NCBI RefSeq assembly: GCF_036321535.1
Contig: NC_087437.1
Location: 47,742,001-47,806,000, forward strand
Length of the DNA: 64,000 bases
Reading direction: 5' to 3'
From: Camelus dromedarius
Lineage: Eukaryota
Shown: positions 52,052 through 64,000 of the stretch, piece by piece
How positions within the stretch are numbered: position 1 is the first letter of the stretch
Layout: each line of letters begins with the position of its first letter
The notes under the pieces: model-generated
What the model was told of the DNA's origin: nothing
Seen by the model: the letters and a program-made list of their open reading frames with translations, nothing else
Database searches by the model: none
Position numbers and translations under genes: made by a program

Positions 52052-52106
52052 TGATCTATTTTCTAATATCTTTCCAAGTTATCAAATGAAGCAAAACTCT
52101 TACTTT

Positions 52107-52154
52107 TTTTAACATTTTTTTATTGAGTTATAGTCATTTTACAATGTTGTGTCA
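52107..52154 (-). mobile_element. 48-bp L1 3' tip
   Basis: Perfect 18-bp TSD aagcaaaactcttacttt at 52089-52106 and 52155-52172. Confidence 0.8.
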
Positions 52155-52772
52155 AAGCAAAACTCTTACTTTAAGCAACCCATCTAAGCATGACTTTTCA
52201 GTATTTTCTCAAGCTGCCCTCTTTGTGCTATCAGATTGAAGATTTCCCTGTATTCCAGTGTGTCCTCTGTGGGAAGAGACAGTCATAGCATCTCAGGCCT
52301 CCCTAGAGGCTAGGGGTGTGGTCTTCATTAACCCTGCTGAATTGTTTTGTTTTCTGATGAACTCTGAACTAGTGGGACAAATATTTTACTTTTTTCCAAT
52401 CTACGTGGTATTTTACTTCCATGGGAGATGTTAAGAGATAATGCTGTTGAGAGATATCAATACATGTAATCTATTTAAATTGCTATGTATGACTATGCAT
52501 TTAAATGGTAAATTGATATAAATGAATTATTTTGTGTTATAGACACAAATAGTATCTCTTCAGTATTTAACTATTACTATTATTTAAAGTAATAGTTTTT
52601 ATATTTTATTTATTTCATAACTCAGCTATTTATTAGTCTAACACAACATAAAAACAGTGCAAACAGTTTGGGGATTTCATGTGTATCCATAGAGCTGTAA
52701 TCATGGGGGTCACAGATAATAACATGGAGTAAGTACTTGGTGGGCTGTGCTACTGTGTTACAGGCATTGTCT

Positions 52773-53088
52773 CTGGGGTCAGTAAACTCTTTCTCTAAGG
52801 GATCCAATAGTAAATATATCCTCCAGCTTAGTGTGCCCTCTGTAGTAACTACTCAACTCTGGCCTTACAGAGCAAAAGCAGTCATAAATGAATAAGATTG
52901 GCTGTGTTCCAGTAAAACTTAGTTTATCATCACAGAAATGAGAATTTCATAGAATTTTCATTTAACAAAATATTTTTCTTAAAAACATTAAAAAAAAATC
53001 TTAATGGAATTAAGATTCTGAGCTCACTGGCCATACAAAAACAAAGGAGGCTGGATTTGGCCCTGGGGCCACAGTTTGCTGACTTCTG
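52773..53088. mobile_element. MER58B-like hAT-Charlie element
   Basis: ctggggtcagtaaact...ggccacagtttgctgacttctg with degenerate TIRs. Confidence 0.7.
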
Positions 53089-53899
53089 CGATATCTCAAT
53101 GCGTAAATGGAGTTTCTAAATGAACAGGTATACTGAGATTACACTGCTAAGTGAAGAGAAAAGTTTTCTCTCACTAACCTTGTTCCCCATCCTACTATCA
53201 CTTTATGCCAAGCCACTGCCACTGAGACTGATGAGGCTTTATTCAATTGTTGCCAAGGTTAAGAGCTATCTATATGTCTAGACCCTAGACAAACCAACTT
53301 AAGAACGGCTATCAACCACAAGGATATACAACCGATCTTAAGAGTGTTAATTGGCATGACATAATCGGATTGGGGCGTTTTGTATAGATCAAGCTGCCTG
53401 CAGTGTGGCCAAAAGGCAGAGCGACAAGTTGTTGCAGTAATCCAGCGGAGAGATAATGGTGATCCGCATGGACTGGGCTAGTAGAAATAGGGGACTAAGA
53501 ACAGTTTGGAGACGTATTTAGGATTAGGTACTCCCTTGGATGAGGACTGATTACATTGCTTTATTCCTGTCTCACAGGATAAAAGAAATTGACGACACTT
53601 ACAAAAATAATTTTTAAGTGCTACTTAAATTTAGCTGAGATACTATATCATCTCCTTCTTCCTTTAATTATTAACCATTAAAAAAATTTCAGTATCGTAT
53701 CGGTTTGTCCGATTTACTGATTTCCCCTACCCCAAAGTGGTGCATAACATTTAAATTTTTTCAACAAAGTTGAAAATACTTCTTCTGAAAAAAAAAGTTG
53801 CATTCACCACAATGCAAAATCGTCGGAACTACTGCGTGGAGACAATTTCTCAATTTCCAGAATCTGTTTTCCAGGGGTCCACCTTGCTGTACTGTATTC

Positions 53900-54960
53900 C
53901 TACCGCTCCTCTGCACCCAACCAAACCCCTGAGCCCGCCCCGACTCTGGCCAGCAGCCTTCCTCCTCCCTCTCTAGCTCCCTCCGCCCCACTCTCCCGCC
54001 CACTCGGGAAGCTCCGCCCCCCAGTGCCGCAACCCAACTCCTTTCCTCTTTCCGTCGCTTTCTTCTCTCCCCGCCCCCATGGCTGCCCTCGATTGGCTAA
54101 CCTGGCGGTGCCGCGGTAGGGATGCAGCAGAGCCTCGTTCTGATTGGATCAAATGTAGCCGGGCCCCTCGTAATTGGCTAATAGGAGGAGACAGCAAGTG
54201 TGACTGCGCTCCGGGGTGTGTGGACGCTGCTTTGTTGCCGGAGGCGGGTGGCGGTGGAAGTTAAGGGGGTCGGGGGCTAGAGCTTCTCAGGACCCGCAGC
54301 TGCGGCCGTTGCAGTCACTTCACCTGGTGGCCTTTACCGTAGGAGTCGCGTCGACAGCAGCCATGAGCGGCGGGGTGTACGGGGGAGGTGAGTGCGGCCG
54401 GTCGGGAGAGCGCGCCTTTTTAGCGTGTTGGGTGTGTAACCGCCGTCCCCAGCCCTCCTCTCCCCGGCGGCCCTTCCGGTCTCCCCCTCTCGGGACCCCG
54501 GCCTCCCCGCCCCATCCCCGCCCTGCTCTCTGCCCGCCTCCGGAGCCCACCCGGCTCTGCGAGCACCTCGGGCGCCGGGAGTCGCCGCCCCCTGCGGCCC
54601 CTTCCAGCCTCCGCCTGCCGCGGAGCCGGCTTTTGGGGGTGCGCGCCGGCTCGGGGCTGGGCGGCCGGGCCCCCTCCCTCTCACAGTCGGCTCGGTCGGG
54701 CTGTGCGCGCGTGTGTGTTTAAACTCGGGAGGTCCCAGCAGTTCGCTAGCGCGGACGGAGGGTTTCCGCGGCGTGCGGGAGATGGCAGAGCGAGCCGCGA
54801 GGGGTGGAACTGATTGGAGGAGTGGCGGCCACTCAGGGCGCAGCCTCCTCTCCGTCCCCTCTCCGCGCTCGCGCTGCCTCACACCTTTCAGTAACTCCTG
54901 CCTGTTTGTCCGCTGTGAATTCTCCAAAATTACTCGTGGGCGGGTCAGCTCGGACTTAAT
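53900..54960. promoter_or_regulatory. CpG island / ACTL6A promoter with GC boxes and three inverted CCAAT boxes
   Basis: Abrupt GC/CpG-rich segment. CCGCCC at 53983, 54014 and 54071; ATTGG at 54092, 54143 and 54173; no TATA box seen. Confidence 0.85.
54363..54387 (+). CDS. ACTL6A: ACTL6A (BAF53A) first coding exon portion; the rest of the gene lies beyond the window
   Basis: gcagccATG AGC GGC GGG GTG TAC GGG GGA G|gtgagt encodes MSGGVYGG plus a phase-1 G, the N-terminus shared by ACTL6A and ACTL6B, followed by a consensus donor. Exon 2 (DEVGALVFD) is not seen in the next 9.6 kb; the long first intron and AT-rich surroundings favour ACTL6A over ACTL6B. Confidence 0.9.
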
Positions 54961-57284
54961 TTAGGAACACATTGTAATTTCAGGATGCTTAAGGATGAGT
55001 AGGCTGTGGGTAGTGAAAGATGATCAGGGGCTTGAGGGGTCACACAGACCTGGGTTGTAATAGCCTCACCATTTATTTAGCTGTTTGGTCTTGGGCAGAT
55101 AACTTAACCTTTCCCAACTTCAGTCTCTTCGTTTGTGGGATGATAATCCCTACCTATTGGGGTGGTTGTGAGGGTTAAGTGGGTGTAATGCTACACTTTC
55201 AAAGTCTGATCCAAGGATCAGCCGCATCAGCACCTCCTGCAAGCTCTTTGGACATGTAGAATCTCAAGCGCCACTCTCAATCTACTGAATCTGAACCTCC
55301 GTTTTCTGCAGGATACCTTGATGAAGCCCTGATGTATACGATTCATGTTTTCTGTCGTGTTTGATGAGTTAGAAAACAGAGACAAATCCAAAGTGTTGCT
55401 TTCTTTTGTTATTGTGTTTAATAAGGATACTGTTTCTGAAGAGGATGGCATTTTATAAGTAGGAGATGAAGACAAGGTTTTCAAAGTTCTTAGTAGTTTT
55501 GGCGTGAAGCTTGAGTCTTTACTCAGATGATAACGCTGACCCTCACCCCCTTCTTAACCCATTTACGTTCTTGGTGTTGATTTCTTAAATGTGAGAGTCA
55601 CTAGTTTCACATTTTTACCTTGGAGAAAGCCTAGTGAATCTTCATGATTTACGTCTTCCCCATCTGAAGATGGTCCTGACAGAAAAACTGGATCTCTGTG
55701 CCTTTGCCTCATGGAGACTGCTGTCTCTGTTTTGACTTTCAGGTTCACTGATCCAAGAACCTAAAGGCTGTCCACTATATTTCCTTACGAGGCATTGTTT
55801 ATTGTGACCAAGGTAGAAAATGGTTACTGATAATGCCAACAGTTAACATTTATTGGATGCATACTGGGCACCAAACAGTGTTCCAGAGGCTTTTCATGCA
55901 TTGCACTTAATATGTGCATTAACTCAGTTAATCCATAAGAACCATGGGAAATAGTACTGCTTATCCCCATATTTTAAAGGGAGAAAATGAGGTATAGAAA
56001 AGATTAAGTAATCAGCCCAGAGTTACATAGCTTTCGAGTAAATGGGGAGCTGACCTCTGGGATGAAGAAAGGCATTTCAGTAAAACCTTTTGCTGTTTAA
56101 AATTTAAAAAAAAAAAGAAAAAAAAGAGTTTGGTTGTTTTTCCATAAGCCATTTTTAAGTATATAACCATAATATATTCATGTATGGGTTAGGTATTCAG
56201 AATAAACATCCTGCTTCTCATTTGCTTATGTAGAGGAATATATCTTAAAGCCTATTTTACATATAAAGTATTTAAAACTCACAAAAATAAGTGTATGATA
56301 AAGATAAGTGTGTTTGAGCTACCACTGTATGGCCAGTATTTATAGTGGGTCACGTTTTCTGTGAAAAGCAACCAAACCTCCCCCCTAAATTTTGTGTAAT
56401 TAGCTTAGTAAACTGTATTTTTAACCTAATTATTAAAAAGGTATCTGTAGTTTAAATTTTAAAATTTGTGCCTGTCTTATTCCAATAGTTTTTTCTGATG
56501 ATATATGACACTGATCTTTAGCTTTAGGTATAATGTGTAATTCATCCAGATTTCCATACTTCCCATAATTGGTTTCTAGGCCTGCTCATTGCTCCTGTGA
56601 TCATCTTTTCTGATACTCCTCTGCTTCAGACTCCTTTGCGTGATAAAAAATAAACAGGTATATTACCAGCCCATCTTTGATAAATTGTTAGTTTTATCAC
56701 TTCTGCACCAAGCCCCCATCTCTAATCTTAAGAATTTCTCAAAATCATCTTCCCCATGAATTGGGGCACCTTTGTCCAAACAAACAAACAATAACCTTTC
56801 TACCTCCTCACAAAGATAATTAGCTTTCAGTATTATATTGGAACGTTTTAAGGCCAGGTTAGAAAATTGCCCTCATTGCTCTGCGTTTTCTCCGAAAAAT
56901 CACATCACCCCTAAACTTGGAAACCATTTACTCTGGGGAAAAACATCAGAATCCTCAAAAAAGTGAAAATAGCATTTTTAGTGAAAAGAGATTCAATCCT
57001 GAAGTATTTTTATCCACTAGAAATTGCATCCTAGTTTTAAAATATCTGGACCTTTGTGGTTAAGCTATTAAGCCGCCTATCTCCATTTACCATTTTCCTA
57101 TTTTAGGTTCATTGTTGCTTTGTTTTTAACAAAACATAGGAAATATCTCTCATCCTCGAAAAAAGGAAAATGAACAGATGCAAAATTCTGAGAATCTAGA
57201 GTCTTAACTCAAGTTAAAATCCCAGTGTCAAATTTACCACACTAATTAAGACAGGAAAATAACTGATTTATTAGATTTTTCTTT

Positions 57285-58420
57285 TCACACAAAAAATATT
57301 TTTGAGTGCTTGCTGTGTGCAGAGTATAGCTTCTTCCTTCATGAAGCTTGCAGCTCCTTGTAGGTGAGTCAGTCAAATAAATAGACACCATATTTCATTA
57401 ATTTTTAGTTGTATATATGTTTTCCTCACATTTAAAGAGCCAAAGTTGGAATATTATTGATGGCATGGCAGAGTTTAATTGGCAGCTTGTTTTTTTTAAG
57501 TCGTGCGTGAGAAAAATAATGGTGCATCTTATAGTTTATAGTGTCTTGTATTGATGGTAAAGGTTATTGACTAATTCACTGAAGTATGTTCAATCATGAC
57601 AAGGTATGGAAGGTACAGAGGTAGCACAAAGTTATTAACTCAGTGTGGGGGAGTCAAGGGACTTTACAAAGGAGGTTTTGGGGATGATGGAAGAGGAACA
57701 GAGAGGGACAGCATGCAGAGGTTAGCTGAGTGAGAGTAAATGGTGTGTTTAGGAGACAGCATAATATCAGCAAGGCTAGTGGATGAGAGGGAGGTGAAGA
57801 CTGCTGCCAGATTATGCTAAATCTTGAACATTACCTGGGTAGAATGATTTGAATTTTATCTTGCAGATGAGAAACCACCAGTCAGTTCACCCCTTTCTTT
57901 TCATTGAAGGAGTTATGTACCAAAAAGTTCAGTTACAATTTTGAAAGATCCCAGTACAGCAGTTTGAAAGGTGGATTGAGCAGGTGAAGATGGAAGCACA
58001 GTACCTGTAGGGCACTGTGGTAGTTCGTGGTTGAGATTAGAGCTTGACTCGAGACAATGGCAATGACATTAAAGAGGAGGGGAGTTGAGAAATACTTAGC
58101 AGAGATATTTGGCAGAACTTGATGAGGGGTATGAAATATGAAGGTGTTCACAAAGGTTTTTGCCTCTGCTGACCGGGGCCACTAACTGCTAAGCACTGCT
58201 GAGATTAGGTTGGGCGGGATGGGATAAGAGAAGACTGCTTCAGATGTGCTGAATTTGAGGTAGCTGTGGAACATCAGGTGGAAGTGATGTTGATGTACAG
58301 TAGGAAGTTTGAGGTAGGATCTAGATGAAGATGCAGGCTGGAGAGATTTGAGATTAGAAGTATCAGTATTTAGGTAGAAGTTGAGGCTGTAGGAGTGGAG
58401 CAGATTACCTAGGAAAAGTA
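57285..58420 (-). mobile_element. Degraded L2 (similar remnants at ~38335-38940 and ~42700-43400)
   Basis: L2-like 3' end (aaatatttttgagtgcttgctgtgtgcag) and purine-rich body; boundaries approximate. Confidence 0.6.
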
Positions 58421-58534
58421 AAGTTAGAGGGGTTTCCCAAGGAGTCCATGCATATAACTATTGTATTCTAATTGGTTTCTTTTGTAGTCTGTCTGAAAAC
58501 ATTCTAAGAAGGTGTTCATAAGTATTCTCAGATA

Positions 58535-59357
58535 TCTGTATGAGTGTGCTAGGGCTGCCATAGCAAAGTACCATGGACGGGGTGGCTTAAACAACAGAAA
58601 TTTTCTCACAGTTCTGGAGGCTAGAAGTCTGAGGTAAGGGTGTTGGCAGGGTTGTTTTCTTCAGAGGCCTTTCTCCTTGGCTTATGTTGGCCTTTTTCTC
58701 CCTGTGTCCTCACATGATCTTCCCTGTGTTCATGTATGTGTCCAAATTTTTTCTTCATGTAAGGACATCAGTCAGATAGGATTAGGGCCCACCCTAATGA
58801 TATTTTTACTTAACTTAATAATTTCTTTGAAGACCATTTGCAGCAACATGGATGGACCCAGAGATTATCATATTGAGTGAAGTAAGACTGAGAAAGACAA
58901 ATATCGTATGATATCACTTATATGTGGAATCTAAAAAAATGATATAAATTCTATTTGCAAACCAAAAACAGACTCATGGACATAGAAAGCAAACTATGGT
59001 TACCTAAGTGGAAAGGGCAGGGAGGGATAAATTAAGACGTTGAGGGTTAACAGACACATATTACTATATATAAAATGAACAACAAGGATCTACTGTATAG
59101 CACAGGGAACTATATTCAGTTTCTTGTAATAACATATAATGGAAAAGAATCTGAAAAGGAAAAACATATATCTATTTATGTATATGTATAATGGAATCAC
59201 TTTGCTGTACACCTGAAACTAATATTGTAAATCAACTATGCGTCAATGAAAATTTTTTTTAAAAAGACTTTCTCTCCAAAAACAGTCACATTCTAAGTTA
59301 TTAGAGGTTAAAACTTCAACATGTGAATTTTAGGAGGAAACAGTTCATCCTAGAATA
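58535..59357. mobile_element. MLT1 (MaLR) LTR interrupted by a young + strand L1 3' end (~58835-59265)
   Basis: MLT1 motifs (ggtggcttaaacaacagaaatt...ctggaggctagaagtc; cagtcacattct...acttcaaca) flank L1 3'UTR sequence. Confidence 0.85.
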
Positions 59358-59830
59358 GAACATTATTAAAGGGGTCCATGACACAGAAAAGGTTAAGAGC
59401 CCTGGCGCGTGGCAAAAGACTGATCCTTGAGAACAGGAGTTGAAAAGTTTGGTTAAACAGGCAATTCATTTAGTTAGGATATTTCTGTACCCAGCATTCT
59501 GGTTAATCAGAGTGTTAAAGTTTACTAATTCATGTTCATTGGTATACTGCTTTACTTACTGTTTGTACTTGAGTTTACATGGTGTAGTGAAAACAAATGC
59601 AGTATTCTACTTTTAAGAACCTCTACTTTTAGACAAAATAATTTAGACCAGTGAGTATATGTAGAAAGGTTGATTACTTAGGGAAATGTAACAAATGCAG
59701 AAACTTCCTTTCAAATTAGAAATAAAAATAGGTGGCTTTTCATTTTATTTAAATAAAAATGACATCATTATGCTGTAAAGATACCATCTCTCAATTATGA
59801 TAGTTGTAGTGTAAGAATTGGTTTTTCTTT

Positions 59831-62178
<2,348 letters not shown>

Positions 62179-64000
62179 AAGAATTGATTTTTCTTTATTT
62201 TAAAAATTATTATTTGTTTGGTTTTTGAAATACTTTAAACATACTAAAAATAAAATCTGTATATAAGTTCATATGTGATTCTTCTGTACTCACTACTGAG
62301 ATTAAGTAAATGTAATATTTTGTCATATTTGCCTCATATTTTACAAAATGTTATTGATATAGATTCTCCTTTCTGCCCCCTGAGAGGTAATCAGTAAGCC
62401 GAACTTGGTATGTAATACTCCCAATCCTATGCATATTTTTATACTTTATTAAGTGTGTGTGAATCCATAATGAATTAAATAGTATCAAAATATGTGTGCA
62501 TAGTAAATAGTTTTTTAAGCTAATTCTTTTGAGATTTATCCATGTTGATACATGCAGATCTAGACTATTCGTTTTTAACTACTATGTAGTATTTCACTGT
62601 ATGAATAAACTGTAGTTTATCTGTTTCCCTACTGAGAGGTCATTTAATCCTTCTGCCCTTTCCTGTGGCAAGCAGTGTGATGGTAATAATTACAATGGCA
62701 GCTACCACTTACTGTGTTTGTTATGTGCCAGGTAATGTTCTAAGTGCTTACATACTTAGAGCATCCTGTGAGGTAGGAACTATTATTATGCATATTTTAC
62801 ATATGCATAAACTGAGGCAAGATAGTAAATCAACTGAGGTCACATAGCTAGTGAACGGTCTCATACATGTCTCCTTGTGATATACTTAAGAGACTTTCTC
62901 GAGGGAAGATAAAAGTGGAATTTCTATATATGCACATTTTCAACTTTAGTGTATATGACTGAATTGTCCATAGTGGTTGTACTGGTTTACAACTTTTAAC
63001 AGCAAATGTATAAGGGTTCCTTTTTCCCTGTCTTTGACAACACTTGGTCTTATCAGACTAACTAATTTTTGCTAGTTTAATGGAGCTGAGTAGTTTTTCT
63101 TTATTATCTTTAATGATTGATTGAAAAAATCCTTCTTTGAAAAATCCGTGCCTAGAAAACCCAAGTGCTTTGTTTTAGGAGCATGCTGTTTTGGGTGAAG
63201 TATTTTTAAAGTATAGAGGCTTTTCTCTGAATTTGAATATGAAAAAAATACCAGCATTCTCGCTCAGCATTCAACTTTTTATCTCATACACATCTGTGAA
63301 ATGTGCAAACTTTGATGATACCTTCATCTTAATGATTTCTACCTGGCCTGTATTGTTATACCTTGAACTTCAGGCATTCAGGTATGCTTCAGGTTCTCTG
63401 TTTTTCTTGGGTTTTTTTTGCTAAGTTTCTTCCCTATGTGCATGAAATATAATTTCCTCTAATGTATGAAAAAATGATACCTAAGTGTACTGAATATCAT
63501 TCTTTTGCCCCCTATATCTACCTTCCACCCATTTCCACCTTCTCTGTGCCCTTAAAGTCTGACCCTTCTAGACTTCATCAGTGGACTCTTCTGACTTCTG
63601 GTTTGGCCGGTGGTAGAGTAATCATACTTCCTGCTTTGTGCCACTTGTCCTGGTAAAATATTAATAGGGATTCCTATCACATTCAGAAGTGACTCAGTTT
63701 GGATGAGAAATTATAAGATCACCCTTGCCAGTGGGGAGAGAGGTTGGCATATGTTAGTCTGGTTCCTTTCCCGCAGGGTCAGCCAAGACTGCCTCCATCC
63801 CTCAACTGAAGGTCACAGATCCTGTCAGGTGCCCTCCCCACACAGCTCTCTCCAGGTTCTGGTAACAGTTTCCTCTCTGCATTTCTTCAGTTCTAAGGGT
63901 GGCTACGTATTTCTGTTATTACTAGTCATAGGGTATCATACCGTCCTTTCTGGTTTTCTATATTGTGCCTGTATCTTTGTAAATAGTCCCTTTAATCAGT

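Noticed and set aside
53761..54964. Long ORFs of up to 197 aa around ACTL6A exon 1
   Set aside because: Stop-poor CpG-island sequence; the real CDS leaves at the donor at 54388.

Overview
Mammalian genomic DNA, probably camelid, judged from seven copies of a tRNA-derived SINE resembling Vic-1 and from young L1 3' ends. The only intact gene signal is the CpG-island promoter and first coding exon of ACTL6A (+ strand, ATG at 54363, MSGGVYGG then gtgagt). Its intron 1 runs off the window end and holds a full-length antisense HNRNPA3 processed pseudogene with target-site duplications (TSDs). The upstream 54 kb looks intergenic and repeat-rich, but repeat-free islands on the - strand (~36.5 kb to ~2.7 kb) carry a chain of splice-bounded, largely phase-compatible exon remnants with stops. 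I read these as a decayed multi-exon gene, possibly a unitary pseudogene. Its peptides show RGS22/RGSL1-like motifs, and an RFX X-box + CRE module sits at its inferred 5' end. Also present: a 5'-intact but 3'-deleted RPL11 retrocopy, an orphan ~150-nt polyadenylated retro-insert, and several atypical L1 insertions. All calls were made by eye. Repeat subfamily names and old-repeat boundaries are approximate, and the lost-gene model needs comparative confirmation.
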